The notes under the pieces were generated by a model. The model worked only from the letters and a program-made list of their open reading frames with translations, had not been told where the DNA came from and did not search any database. The position numbers were made by a program, and so were the translations under genes. From a virus, in IMG/VR virus record IMGVR_UViG_3300017917_002759, positions 36,841-100,840 of that record: a stretch of 64,000 nucleotides of DNA. One strand, 5' to 3'. This document shows, piece after piece, positions 19,741 to 30,072 of this stretch. Each line of letters starts with the position of its first letter. The stretch's first letter is position 1.

Positions 19741-20499
19741 ATGAGCCAATTAGATCAAGAAAAACAGAAAGTCTATGATTACTGTCGCTTAATGCTGGGC
19801 GACGGTATGACTGATGTTGAGCTAGACCCAGCACACTACGAAACAGCACTACAGCGATCTTTAGCAATATTTCGACAAAGAGGCGATAATTCTGTAGAGG
19901 AAAGCTTCGCATTTTTGACCCTCGAAAAAGACAAAAATGAATATATCTTGCCCGAAGAAATACAAACAGTTAGAGAGATATATCGTAGAAGTATAGGATC
20001 TAGAAGTGGCGGCGGCAACGGTGGCACAGTATTTGAACCCTTTAACTTAGCCTATACAAATACCTACTTACTTAGTTCTACTAACATGGGTGGTCTTGCT
20101 ACTTACGAGCTTTTCGCAGGTTATCAAGAGCGTGTGGGTAAAATGTTTGGTAGTTTTATTAACTTTACCTTTATTCCTGAAAGTAGAAAGCTGATCATAA
20201 TGCAGCGTCCTAGAACACAGGAAGAAGTAATGTTATGGGTTTATAATAAAAAACCAGACGTATCAATATTAACTAACGTGTATTCAGGACAGTGGATCAA
20301 AGATTATAGTCTAGCAAATTGTAAAATTATGCTAGGACAAGCCAGAGAAAAATTTGCAAGTATCGCAGGACCCCAAGGCGGAACTGCGCTAAATGGAGCA
20401 GCACTAAAATCCGAAGGACAAGCCGATCTTGACCGATTAACCATGGAATTGGTAACACAAGTATCTGGAGGACAAGGCTATAGCTTTGTAATAGGTTAA
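19741..20499 (+). CDS. Neck protein (T4 gp13-like)
   Basis: LG...DVEL, WIKDYSLA..K..LG..REKF...GP.GG..LNG. Confidence 0.8.
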   Translation: MSQLDQEKQKVYDYCRLMLGDGMTDVELDPAHYETALQRSLAIFRQRGDNSVEESFAFLTLEKDKNEYILPEEIQTVREIYRRSIGSRSGGGNGGTVFEPFNLAYTNTYLLSSTNMGGLATYELFAGYQERVGKMFGSFINFTFIPESRKLIIMQRPRTQEEVMLWVYNKKPDVSILTNVYSGQWIKDYSLANCKIMLGQAREKFASIAGPQGGTALNGAALKSEGQADLDRLTMELVTQVSGGQGYSFVIG

Positions 20500-20837
20500 T
20501 GAAAGCTTCGGAATTTATATTTGAATCCGACGAGGAATATTACACTGAAACCGCTAAAATGGTTTGGGGAGTAGGAAAACAAACTACTCGAGGTGGTAAA
20601 GCAAAATTAAAATTTCGATGTACTACAGGACAACGTGCCGGGAGACAAGTAAGTCACCCCAGTAAATGCCATCAACAATATGATGTAGCACAAGCTCAAA
20701 GAATGAAAACCACTAGAGCTCGAACAAAAACACAACAAGCTCGCAGACAAACAAGAACTAAATCTATCAATACTGCTAGTGTTTTAGCACAAAGGCTCAA
20801 CACCGGCAAACCAAAAACTCCAAAACCATATTATTAA
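20499..20837 (+). CDS. Basic protein with capsid-targeting-like N-terminus
   Basis: MKASEFIFES start; Arg/Lys-rich. Confidence 0.55.
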   Translation: MKASEFIFESDEEYYTETAKMVWGVGKQTTRGGKAKLKFRCTTGQRAGRQVSHPSKCHQQYDVAQAQRMKTTRARTKTQQARRQTRTKSINTASVLAQRLNTGKPKTPKPYY

Positions 20838-20838
20838 C

Positions 20839-20867
20839 TTGACCTTTTAGATCATAGATCATATAAT
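20839..20867 (+). promoter_or_regulatory. sigma70-type promoter
   Basis: TTGACC-N17-TATAAT. Confidence 0.75.
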
Positions 20868-20886
20868 ATCTTTATTGGAGGATATT

Positions 20887-21528
20887 ATGATCATAGGTAT
20901 TTGCGGATTTATTGGCAGCGGCAAAGATACAATCGCTGACTATCTTGTAAATTCTCACGAATTTCGAAGAGAAAGTTTTGCTTCAACTCTCAAAGATGCT
21001 GTAAGCGCGGTGTTTGGATGGGACCGAACACTGTTAGAAGGGCGTACTAAGGAAGCCCGAGAGTGGCGGGAGCAAGTAGATCCGTGGTGGGCTAAACGAC
21101 TTGACATGCCCACACTAACTCCTAGATGGGTACTGCAATATTGGGGTACAGAGGTGTGTCGTAAATCGTTCCATGATGATATATGGATCGCTAGCCTAGA
21201 AAACAAACTCCGCAATTCTAAAGATCATGTGGTAATCTCAGATTGCCGGTTTCCTAATGAAATACAAAGTATTCGTAATGCTGGTGGCAAAATCGTATGG
21301 GTCAAACGTGGTCAATTGCCTGACTGGTATGATGATGCGGTTTCTTTAAATAAAGGCCCCAACGGAAACATGACCTGGGCCGGAGCAAAAACTAGATTAG
21401 AACAGCTTAAAATACATGCTTCGGAAACAGCATGGGTTGGTACAAAATTTGATGCTGTATTGGAAAACGATAGCAGTATTGACGATCTATATAAAAAAGT
21501 AGAGCAGTTAGTTAAAAGTCAGCCATAA
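20887..21528 (+). CDS. Deoxynucleoside monophosphate kinase (T4 gp1-like)
   Basis: GICGFIGSGKDT P-loop, TPRWVLQYWGTE, ISDCRFPNE; GGAGG SD. Confidence 0.9.
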   Translation: MIIGICGFIGSGKDTIADYLVNSHEFRRESFASTLKDAVSAVFGWDRTLLEGRTKEAREWREQVDPWWAKRLDMPTLTPRWVLQYWGTEVCRKSFHDDIWIASLENKLRNSKDHVVISDCRFPNEIQSIRNAGGKIVWVKRGQLPDWYDDAVSLNKGPNGNMTWAGAKTRLEQLKIHASETAWVGTKFDAVLENDSSIDDLYKKVEQLVKSQP

Positions 21529-21847
21529 GATCGCCTTGCTTCCATTTAATTCCTTCTTTGGCTAACACACGTTGGCAGTTAGCGCAGACTGTTTTTAGAT
21601 TACTAGGCCGACAGTTATTTAGATCCTCATCCACATGATATACAGAGAATACTTCCGGATGACTTGATTTAAAACCGCAGCGATCGCATTGATTCTTCTT
21701 TCGATAACCTGCACGATACCATCTAGGAATCCCATGATACTTTCCGTTTCTTAGACATATCTCACACAACGAACGATAGTATATCCTTCCCTGTTTCTTA
21801 TAATTAATCGCAGCAGGCCTTAAACCGCATTCACATAGTGGTCTCAT
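21512..21847 (-). CDS. HNH endonuclease-like zinc-finger protein
   Basis: CDRCG...HVDEDLNN...NLKTVCANC; start 21847 follows TAAATA-N5. Confidence 0.75.
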   Translation of the reverse strand: MRPLCECGLRPAAINYKKQGRIYYRSLCEICLRNGKYHGIPRWYRAGYRKKNQCDRCGFKSSHPEVFSVYHVDEDLNNCRPSNLKTVCANCQRVLAKEGIKWKQGDLMADF

Positions 21848-21963
21848 AATTATATTTAAAGAAACCTGCCCTTTTCTTCCCCTTTTCTTCTGGTAATAAC
21901 GGTGTATTTTTATCAAAAGCCGCTAAATATCTATACGAGATTTAACCATCAGGAGATAACGGA

Positions 21964-24900
21964 ATGGCCCTACAATCACCCGGCGTACAAGTTACGGTAA
22001 TTGACGAGAGTGTATATACTACTGCGGAAGCAGGTACTACTCCTCTTATCGTAGTTGCTACAGCACAGAATAAAACAAATGCCAGCAATACAGGAATTGC
22101 TCAAGGCACACTAAAAACTAATGCAGGTCGTGCATATAGAATTTCAAGCCAAAGAGAACTAGTTGATGTCTTTGGCGTACCCACATTTAAAAAGACTGCT
22201 ACTGGTGCTCCAATCCACGGCGGCGAGCAAAACGAATACGGTCTTCAAGCAGCTTACAGTTTGCTAGGTGTAACTAATTCGGCATTCATCGTAAGAGCAG
22301 ACATCGATTTAAACGAATTAGCACCGTCCTCAACTGCACCAGGATCTGAACCAGCAGATGGACAGTGGTGGTTAGATACCGCAGCTACAACATATGGAAC
22401 TTTCGAATGGGATTCCAGTGCAGCTAGCGATGGCGGACAACGCTTTGTTAATAAATCTCCTATTGTATTAACACTCGATGATGCTGATAATTTAAACAAT
22501 CCTACAACTAATCCTACTCCTAAGGCCAACGTAGGAAGAGTCGGTGATTATGCTCTAGTAGCATCTACTGATGTAATAAGAATCTTTTACAAAGGTCAAG
22601 CCTACGGTGAAGGAACTCCTGTTTGGGCATTAGTTGGAAGTCAGCAATGGAGATCATTCTGGCCCGCAGCTGAGCTCGGTGTTGCTGGCAATAATTCCGG
22701 TACTATTACAATGACTATCGGTTTAGGCTTAGATAATGCAGACTTAACATCAATCACAATCAATCCAAATTCAAATGCTACCGCAGTTGCCGCGGCAATC
22801 GGAAGTCTAGTAGAAGGTGTTGTTGTTAGAGCAGTATCTAGCACACAGTTAGCGGTCTATGCAGTAGGCAGTGATAATGATCCTGACACAGGACTAGGTC
22901 AAGACGATTCCACAGCGTTCCAAGTTTTAAGAATTGGCGGTTCAGGAATCGATTCTGTATTTCCTTCAATAACAGGTTCTTCTAAAACATTTTATCTCCC
23001 AGATTTTAGTATGGGACCTCACACAGCAGTCCCACAGTGGAAAGAATCAACTAATTCTCCTCGCCCAACAGGTTCTGTATGGGTCAAGACTACAGAACCA
23101 AATGCAGGTGCTCGCTGGAAAGTGAAAAAATGGTCTGGCTCTGCTAAAATTTGGCAAGAAGTATCTGCACCATTATACGGAACTAGCCAAGAAGCGATCT
23201 TCAGACTAGATCCTTCTAAGGGCGGACTAGGTATTCCGCAGAATTCTGTTTATGTTCAATACAATTACGAAGAAAATACAGGTTATGATACTGATCCGGC
23301 GACTGCTACATTTAAAATATTTTACAGAAAAGCAGTTGGAATTTCTTCAATAACCTCAGAAGCAGTTACAAGCATTACTGCTAAAGAGTATGTTTTAAAC
23401 ATAGCTGAAAGCGTAGTAGGCAACAAAAACCTTTCTTCAGCTGTTGAAGTAACTGTCGGTAGTGATAGTCCAGCAACAGCACCGACTGTTTCTCAAATCG
23501 TCGAAGCTATTAATGCAGCCGGTCTAGTTAATGTCGAAGCTGTGTTGTTGTCTAATAATAGAATTTCTATCAGACATAATACTGGTGGTGAAATCAGAAT
23601 CGCAGACCAAGATGACCTATTTGGCGAACTAGAATTAGACACTGCCTATACTTCAAATCTTTACAGCGATCCTAGCGGAGCTTTTGATTATATCGTAAGC
23701 AGCTGGGCTCCATTAGCCGGAAATTACGAAGCTTCTAATACTTCACCAATTAATGATCCGGTAGATGGCCAGTTATGGTATTCTAGCAGAATTGACGAAG
23801 TTGATATTATGGTCCATAACGGAACAACATGGAAAGGTTACCGTCAGATTTATCCAGGTACTGATCCCAATGGTCCTATTATCAGTGCAACTCGTCCGAC
23901 TACTTACAGCGACGGATCTACAAGCATTGCAGGTAATCCTAGCGCCAATGGCCAACTATGGATCAGCACTGCTGACTTAGAAAATTATCCAACGATTTAT
24001 CGCTGGAATAACGATACACAAAAATGGGATCTAATCGATAAAACCGATCAAACTACAGAAAACGGTATTATTTTTGCAGATGCTAGAGCAGGAACTGATG
24101 GAGGCACTACCTCTACAGCGCCAGAGGGTACTATATCAGAACTTCTCGACGACGACTTTTTAGATTTTGATGCTCCAGATCCTACTTTATATCCACTGGG
24201 CATGTTACTATGGAACACTCGTAGAAGCGGATTTAACGTTAAACGCTATGTGGTAAATCATGTTGATACCGATGCTGACAATGCCTTAATGAACGAAGGA
24301 ATGGATACTTATTATCCAAATCGTTGGGTAACAGCTAGTTCAAATCAAGAAGATGGTTCAGGAAGTTTTGGACGCAAAGCACAACGTAAAGTCGTTGTTG
24401 AAGCTCTTAAAGCAATGGTTGATACCAACCAAGATATCCGCGAAGAAGAAAGTCGTGCATTTAATTTGATTTCTTGCCCAGGATATCCTGAACTACTAAG
24501 CAACTTAGTTGGACTAAATCTTGATAGAGGAACCACAGCATTTGTTGTTGGAGACACTCCGTTCAACTTAACTAGCGATACAACTTCATTATCTAACTGG
24601 GGTAATAATGCAGATGACGCATTAGACAACGGTGATAAAGGTCTTGTAACCAGAGATGCTTATGCTTCTGTGTTCTACCCAAGCGGTAGATCTACAGATA
24701 ACACTGGCAGTGAAATTGTTGTTCCAGCAAGTCATATGATGTTACGTACAATCGCTCTAAGCGATCAAGTTTCATACCCATGGTTTGCACCAGCAGGAAC
24801 AAGACGTGGTGGTATTACTAACGCTACAGCAGTTGGATACGTTAATAGACAAGACGGTGAATTTAAAATCGTTTCTTTAACCGAAGGTCAGAGAGATGCT

Positions 24901-25323
24901 TTATACAACGTCAGCATCAACCCAATTACATTCTTTAATGGTGTTGGTCTAGTCAATTATGGACAGAAGACTTTGTCAGGAAACGCATCAGCACTAGATC
25001 GTATCAATGTAGCACGTTTGGTTGTTTATCTACGCAGTCAGTTGAATAAACTCGCTAAACCGTTTGTGTTTGAACCTAATGATAAGATCACACGTGACGA
25101 AGTTAAGCAAGCGGTTGAAAGCTTATTGTTAGAGCTAGTCGGTCTAAGAGCTTTATACGATTTTGCTGTAGTCTGCGATGAAACTAATAACACACCACAA
25201 AGAATCGATCGAAATGAATTGTATGTTGATATTGCTATAGAACCAGTTAAAGCAATTGAGTTCATTTACATTCCATTGAGATTAAAGAATACAGGAGAGA
25301 TCCAAAGTTCGTTAAACTCTTAA
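21964..25323 (+). CDS. Contractile tail sheath protein (gp18-like)
   Basis: SPGVQVTVIDES N-terminus; PWFAPAGTRRG, INPI, RINVARL, FEPND, IEFIYIP. Confidence 0.95.
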   Translation: MALQSPGVQVTVIDESVYTTAEAGTTPLIVVATAQNKTNASNTGIAQGTLKTNAGRAYRISSQRELVDVFGVPTFKKTATGAPIHGGEQNEYGLQAAYSLLGVTNSAFIVRADIDLNELAPSSTAPGSEPADGQWWLDTAATTYGTFEWDSSAASDGGQRFVNKSPIVLTLDDADNLNNPTTNPTPKANVGRVGDYALVASTDVIRIFYKGQAYGEGTPVWALVGSQQWRSFWPAAELGVAGNNSGTITMTIGLGLDNADLTSITINPNSNATAVAAAIGSLVEGVVVRAVSSTQLAVYAVGSDNDPDTGLGQDDSTAFQVLRIGGSGIDSVFPSITGSSKTFYLPDFSMGPHTAVPQWKESTNSPRPTGSVWVKTTEPNAGARWKVKKWSGSAKIWQEVSAPLYGTSQEAIFRLDPSKGGLGIPQNSVYVQYNYEENTGYDTDPATATFKIFYRKAVGISSITSEAVTSITAKEYVLNIAESVVGNKNLSSAVEVTVGSDSPATAPTVSQIVEAINAAGLVNVEAVLLSNNRISIRHNTGGEIRIADQDDLFGELELDTAYTSNLYSDPSGAFDYIVSSWAPLAGNYEASNTSPINDPVDGQLWYSSRIDEVDIMVHNGTTWKGYRQIYPGTDPNGPIISATRPTTYSDGSTSIAGNPSANGQLWISTADLENYPTIYRWNNDTQKWDLIDKTDQTTENGIIFADARAGTDGGTTSTAPEGTISELLDDDFLDFDAPDPTLYPLGMLLWNTRRSGFNVKRYVVNHVDTDADNALMNEGMDTYYPNRWVTASSNQEDGSGSFGRKAQRKVVVEALKAMVDTNQDIREEESRAFNLISCPGYPELLSNLVGLNLDRGTTAFVVGDTPFNLTSDTTSLSNWGNNADDALDNGDKGLVTRDAYASVFYPSGRSTDNTGSEIVVPASHMMLRTIALSDQVSYPWFAPAGTRRGGITNATAVGYVNRQDGEFKIVSLTEGQRDALYNVSINPITFFNGVGLVNYGQKTLSGNASALDRINVARLVVYLRSQLNKLAKPFVFEPNDKITRDEVKQAVESLLLELVGLRALYDFAVVCDETNNTPQRIDRNELYVDIAIEPVKAIEFIYIPLRLKNTGEIQSSLNS

Positions 25324-25385
25324 GATATGGGGACTTAGTTCCCCTTATTTGAGGTGATAAATAACAATACCCGGAGCAAGAAAAT

Positions 25386-26027
25386 ATGTCAATTTCAACA
25401 TTAAACAAACTAACAGTTCCATTAGCAAGTGATGCTTCAGCAAGCACACAAGGTATGCTAATGCCGAAACTAAAGTATCGCTTTAGAGTGGTATTACAAG
25501 GTTTTGGAGCAAATGGAACAGCAACAACAGAATTAACTAAACAGGTAATGGATATAACTCGTCCTAAAGTTCAATTTGAAGAAATTGAAGTTCCTGTTTA
25601 TAACAGCAGAATTTATCTAGCAGGACGTCATCAGTGGGAACCAATGACATTGAATGTACGTGACGATGCTAGCGGAAACATCCAGAGATTGTGCGGTGAG
25701 CAAATCCAGAAACAATTCGACTTCTTTGAACAGGCCAGTGCTGCTTCGGGAATTGATTATAAATTTACTACTGTTATCGAAGTCCTAGACGGCGGAAATG
25801 GAACACAATCTCCAAACGTTCTAGAAACATTTGAATGCTATGGTTGTTTCGTACAAAACATCGACTACGGTGATTTGAACTATACTTCTAATGAAGCTGC
25901 TACTGTAAATTTGAGCATACGTTTTGATAACGCTGTTCAATATAAGGGTGGTGCTGTAGATGGTATCGGAAGAAACATCGGAGCAAGAACAATCGGTTCG
26001 CTAACTACCGGGGGCGGCGGACTCTAA
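25386..26027 (+). CDS. Tail tube protein (gp19-like)
   Basis: Follows sheath; PKLKYRFRV, YLAGRHQWEP, IRFDNA. Confidence 0.85.
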   Translation: MSISTLNKLTVPLASDASASTQGMLMPKLKYRFRVVLQGFGANGTATTELTKQVMDITRPKVQFEEIEVPVYNSRIYLAGRHQWEPMTLNVRDDASGNIQRLCGEQIQKQFDFFEQASAASGIDYKFTTVIEVLDGGNGTQSPNVLETFECYGCFVQNIDYGDLNYTSNEAATVNLSIRFDNAVQYKGGAVDGIGRNIGARTIGSLTTGGGGL

Positions 26028-26044
26028 GATTTAGCAGTCCAATT

Positions 26045-26076
26045 AAAAGGCTCGGATTTATTCCGAGCTTTTTTTT
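26045..26076 (+). terminator. Rho-independent terminator
   Basis: gctcgga-tttat-tccgagc followed by T-run. Confidence 0.85.
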
Positions 26077-26091
26077 CGGTTAAATAAAAGT

Positions 26092-27192
26092 ATGGCAAAT
26101 AAATTTACTAGATTTTTAAAAGGTGTCGCACAAGGCATCACACAGCCCAAAGGTAACTTGGGGGATTTTCGGCATGCGGCTAGATTGTATGTTGATAATA
26201 CAATGGCCCTGGCGCCAAAGACTAAGTTTTCTTATCACGTATATTTTGACGTTAATCCGTTGGCTATACAGGCGCCGCAATTTAAAGAAAAGCAGCATAT
26301 CGAGGAAGCGGGTCTCCTAGTTAAAAGTGCAGACCTTCCTAGATTTAATTTTGAATCTGTTACTAAGAATCAATACAATCGAAAGAAAATAGTTTATAAG
26401 ATGTTAAATTACGAACCAGTAAATTTAACATTTCATGATGATAATGTTGGTGTAGTGAATGCGTTATGGGCTCTATATTATGGATACTATTCTAGAGATA
26501 GACATAATCCAGCCGATCAGAAAAATGTTGCCTGGAATCCCGATCCTTACTCAGCGTATCCAAAAACTCAGGAATACAAATATGGTCTCGATAACGATAG
26601 AAAGAAAGAGCCTTTCTTCCGTTCTATACAGTTATTCACTATGGGGCGAAAAAGATTCAATCAGTATGTATTGATTAATCCTGTCATAACTATGTGGAAT
26701 CAAGGACAAGTTGATCAGAGTGCGGGCAACGGTACGATCGAGTGTCAAATGACTATACAATATGAAAGTGTGTTGTACGGATGGGGTGACGTAGAACCAA
26801 ATTTCCCGCAAGGATTTGCTAATTTACATTACGATAAAGCACCGTCACCGTTGAGTATATTCGGGGGCGGAACACAAACATTATTTGGTCCAGGTGGTGT
26901 TATCGCGGGAGCCGAACAGATTTTTGGGCAGCTATCAAATCGTTCTGCGTTTTCTTCTCCGGAGAGTTTTCTAAGAACGGTAGCCGGTGCATTAAACACT
27001 TATAGAAATTTAAGAAACATTGCCAATAATCCAGACTTATTAAGACAAGAAGCAGTTAATATTCTTTTAACTCCTGGAAGTGTAACTAATGCAGTTAGCG
27101 GAGTGTCAGGAGTATTATTTCCAAAAAGCAGTAATGCTAACACAGGTGGTGATGGCTCTACAGTCGCACAACCGAAAAATACAGGTCAATAA
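26092..27192 (+). CDS. Tail-tube-fold baseplate/tube initiator protein (gp48/gp54-like)
   Basis: VKSADLPRF, NQYNRK, YEPVNLTFHDD tube-like motifs. Confidence 0.6.
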   Translation: MANKFTRFLKGVAQGITQPKGNLGDFRHAARLYVDNTMALAPKTKFSYHVYFDVNPLAIQAPQFKEKQHIEEAGLLVKSADLPRFNFESVTKNQYNRKKIVYKMLNYEPVNLTFHDDNVGVVNALWALYYGYYSRDRHNPADQKNVAWNPDPYSAYPKTQEYKYGLDNDRKKEPFFRSIQLFTMGRKRFNQYVLINPVITMWNQGQVDQSAGNGTIECQMTIQYESVLYGWGDVEPNFPQGFANLHYDKAPSPLSIFGGGTQTLFGPGGVIAGAEQIFGQLSNRSAFSSPESFLRTVAGALNTYRNLRNIANNPDLLRQEAVNILLTPGSVTNAVSGVSGVLFPKSSNANTGGDGSTVAQPKNTGQ

Positions 27193-27194
27193 CA

Positions 27195-27572
27195 ATGAAT
27201 GAAGTAACATCTAATCTTCCGCAGCAACCACAAACTGATAGTGCTTTAGGTACTAGATTATATTTTGACAGATATGGGGACATACCTTTAGAATTTTCAG
27301 CAGCTGATGTGGATTCTACTGTAGGATTTTTAAAGAGTAGAGGATTTTCAGACGATGCAGCGATTCTAACTTCGGTGATATTGTTAAAACAGGCCAAGTT
27401 AGATCAAATGCCTATCACTGAGTTATTAGATACTCTTAAAGGTTTAAAGAATCTTGAACTTTCTACCTTAGTTGGTGAAGTTCTAAATAATAATAGAACA
27501 GCAACATCTACCCTAGGATTTAAACTTCAATCAACAGTTAATGAACTCCAGGCAAGAAATGTTGTACCATAA
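27195..27572 (+). CDS. Hypothetical morphogenesis protein
   Basis: ORF within tail operon. Confidence 0.55.
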   Translation: MNEVTSNLPQQPQTDSALGTRLYFDRYGDIPLEFSAADVDSTVGFLKSRGFSDDAAILTSVILLKQAKLDQMPITELLDTLKGLKNLELSTLVGEVLNNNRTATSTLGFKLQSTVNELQARNVVP

Positions 27573-28012
27573 TGGCTAGATTTGCACAAGGTCGATTTGA
27601 AATGAAAAATCCCGATAAGTACGTCGGGAAAAAAACTCCTATGGCTCGTAGCAGTTGGGAATTTGTTTTTATGCGTATGTTAGACGAACATCCGGGAGTA
27701 GAAAAATGGGCAAGCGAAAGCATACAGATCCCATATAAAGATCCGATGTCAGGGCGACATACTATCTACGTTCCAGATTTTTTTATCGTGTATATCGACA
27801 AAAATAAAAAAAAGCATGCCGAAGTTGTAGAGGTAAAACCTAGTAGTCACACGCTGAGAGAACGAGTAGGAAAGAGCCTTTATAATCAAGAACAATATAT
27901 TAAGAATCTAGCCAAATGGGAAGCTGCAACTAGTTGGTGTAAGCAGCAAGGAATCAAATTTCGTGTGGTCAATGAAGATGATATTTTTCACCAAGGATCA
28001 AAACGTAGATAA
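27572..28012 (+). CDS. Head completion nuclease (T4 gp4-like, TnsA-like fold)
   Basis: NPDKYVG, RSSWE, WASE, YVPDF, EVKP, AKWEAA. Confidence 0.88.
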   Translation: MARFAQGRFEMKNPDKYVGKKTPMARSSWEFVFMRMLDEHPGVEKWASESIQIPYKDPMSGRHTIYVPDFFIVYIDKNKKKHAEVVEVKPSSHTLRERVGKSLYNQEQYIKNLAKWEAATSWCKQQGIKFRVVNEDDIFHQGSKRR

Positions 28013-28019
28013 GTAACGT

Positions 28020-28502
28020 ATGACTAAGAAATTAGAAGAACTTTTTAATTTGGACGACTCTGAAAAAGAGCAAAAGCCCGAACCTAAAGAAACTGTAGAA
28101 AAAGACGAGGTTCGCAGCCTAGAACGCAGCTACAAAGAAATAGAAAAAATGGCTGGCTCTTTGCCGCAGATCGATGATCTAGAAACACTAGATGAAAAGG
28201 ATCTAGACGCTCTGGCTAAAAAAGCAGAAGACGCTTACGACGACTTGATGGATCTAGGTATGAATGTAGAAGTACGATACAGCGGTCGTATTTTTGAAGT
28301 TGCCGGCGGCATGCTTAAAAACGCGATAGATGCAAAATCAGCAAAAATTGATAAAAAGTTAAAGGCAGTAGAGCTCAAGCTAAAAAAACTAAAAATCGAT
28401 AAAGATGCAGGCGATGATACTGGAGAAGGGCTAGTAGCAGGCCAAGGTTATATCATTACAGATCGCAATGAGCTACTGAAAAAACTCAAAGGTGAAGGAT
28501 AA
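28020..28502 (+). CDS. Putative terminase small subunit
   Basis: Helical 160-aa protein with RIFEVA and C-terminal DRNELLK resembling gp16-like proteins; upstream of large subunit. Confidence 0.5.
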   Translation: MTKKLEELFNLDDSEKEQKPEPKETVEKDEVRSLERSYKEIEKMAGSLPQIDDLETLDEKDLDALAKKAEDAYDDLMDLGMNVEVRYSGRIFEVAGGMLKNAIDAKSAKIDKKLKAVELKLKKLKIDKDAGDDTGEGLVAGQGYIITDRNELLKKLKGEG

Positions 28503-28510
28503 ATACTACT

Positions 28511-29110
28511 ATGAGATCATTTAAAGACTATCTAACAGAAAGCCAAAAAACCTATGCTTTTAAAGTAAAAGTAGCAGGACCCGTTCCTGAAAAATTCGTA
28601 GAAAATACCAAAGCAAGATTGGCAAAATATGGTTGTTCTAAATTTGAACAAAAAGCTTCTACTCCGATTCAGGCTAGTCCTTTAGATTTTCCGGAGCTTT
28701 GCAACGTAGAAGTTACAGTGTTCGAAGCAGAATGTTCATATCCAGTTACACCGCCAGAATTGCTAATGGCTATTAAAAGTTCTGTAGCTATTTCAGAAAC
28801 ACACATCAAAGTTCGCAACTTTAGAGAAGCTGAAGAGTTAGAAGCCATAGACGGTCTGGTTGCAGACGCTGCTGAAAAGAAAAAAACAGCACTGTTAAAT
28901 GACCCTGCTTATAAAGAAGCAGAAAAAGTTAAATCAAAAAATTATTTCGGCGACGATTTTAATAAAGCACTGTTGAAAGATTTACAAAAAACTGCCAAAC
29001 AGAGAAAAAAAGACCTCGGGCAGAAAGATATTAAAACAGAAATAACCAGCGATGGTCCAGACTTTGGCACAGCATCAAAAAGTGTCATGGGATCTAGCAA
29101 AGGACAATAA
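28511..29110 (+). CDS. Putative head/internal virion protein
   Basis: MRSFKDYLTES N-terminus; TAAATA-N5-ATG. Confidence 0.55.
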   Translation: MRSFKDYLTESQKTYAFKVKVAGPVPEKFVENTKARLAKYGCSKFEQKASTPIQASPLDFPELCNVEVTVFEAECSYPVTPPELLMAIKSSVAISETHIKVRNFREAEELEAIDGLVADAAEKKKTALLNDPAYKEAEKVKSKNYFGDDFNKALLKDLQKTAKQRKKDLGQKDIKTEITSDGPDFGTASKSVMGSSKGQ

Positions 29111-29111
29111 T

Positions 29112-29633
29112 ATGAATTTTCAAGATCTATTAAGAAAAATGAACGACCTGGATCAGCCAGTAGATGAAGCCGGGTGCGGAATGCCTGCTCCGATCACTGC
29201 TCCTACTCCAGACATGGCCAAGGCACCAGAAACTCCACCTCCGAGCATGAGCGTAAATCTAAATGCTCAAGGTATGGATAATATTGAACAGATGATGAAA
29301 CTGTTTCAAAAAGTTAATCCAGATATGATGCCAAAAACAGATGCACCGATGCCTTCAATGAGCAATCCCATTATTAAATTAGCTGCTGTGAAAAAGCCAG
29401 ATGCTATGAATATGCCTCCGAAAGATGAAGCTTGGGACAATGAACCAGACGAAGAAATAAAAGGTATGGATGCAGCTATCAGAAATGGTGATGATTTACA
29501 TAAGAGAAAAGGAACCTATCCAAAAGTAGCAGGCGGCGATAATCCAATGCAGCGCATGGAAGGACAACAATTAGTAGATGCTATTCGTGAGAATCTACAA
29601 AGAGAATTAAATGCAATTAAAGGAGCTGAATAA
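29112..29633 (+). CDS. Pro/Met-rich low-complexity putative head protein
   Basis: MNFQDLLRKM start after AGGA SD; GDDLHK..GGDNPM motif. Confidence 0.5.
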   Translation: MNFQDLLRKMNDLDQPVDEAGCGMPAPITAPTPDMAKAPETPPPSMSVNLNAQGMDNIEQMMKLFQKVNPDMMPKTDAPMPSMSNPIIKLAAVKKPDAMNMPPKDEAWDNEPDEEIKGMDAAIRNGDDLHKRKGTYPKVAGGDNPMQRMEGQQLVDAIRENLQRELNAIKGAE

Positions 29634-30013
29634 TGGCATCAGTAACTAGAGTAAATGGCCTAGGGGTCACAACCGGAACACTGTATAGTACTAACTGTAA
29701 TCTGTACATTATGACTGTAAAAAATGCAGGTGCATCCGCTATCGACCTACAAGGTGAGGACGATGCGGTCGATGAAGCACTAGAACAAATTATTAAAGAA
29801 TTAAATCCATTAGCATGGTTCGCACCAGCAGCGAGCTCAGGAGTTGTTCATTTAGTAATGGATAAAGCAGTTAATGATGCCGCTGAGCTACAAGTTCGTG
29901 TTAGAAGAATTGGTAAAGATAGTGGAGCAAATACCACCAGTATTGGTCCTAACGATATTGATATTAGCGGAACTACTGTTCAGGCAGCAGCCTCGTTCGC
30001 AGTTACAGCTTAA
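29633..30013 (+). CDS. Putative virion (capsid decoration-like) protein
   Basis: MASVTRVNG start; Ala/Thr-rich; followed by terminator. Confidence 0.45.
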   Translation: MASVTRVNGLGVTTGTLYSTNCNLYIMTVKNAGASAIDLQGEDDAVDEALEQIIKELNPLAWFAPAASSGVVHLVMDKAVNDAAELQVRVRRIGKDSGANTTSIGPNDIDISGTTVQAAASFAVTA

Positions 30014-30030
30014 TCATAATATGTAATTTC

Positions 30031-30058
30031 AAATAGGCTCTTCGGAGCCTATTTTTTT
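30031..30058 (+). terminator. Rho-independent terminator with UUCG loop
   Basis: aaataggctc-ttcg-gagcctattttttt. Confidence 0.9.
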
Positions 30059-30072
30059 CATTAAATAAAAGC

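Noticed and set aside
21868-21891. CCCTTTTCTTC tandem duplication upstream of the sheath gene
   Set aside because: Only two short copies; no supportable function
27572-28012. TnsA-like transposase indicating a transposon
   Set aside because: Matches gp4-type head completion nuclease in a morphogenesis operon; no other transposition genes or ends
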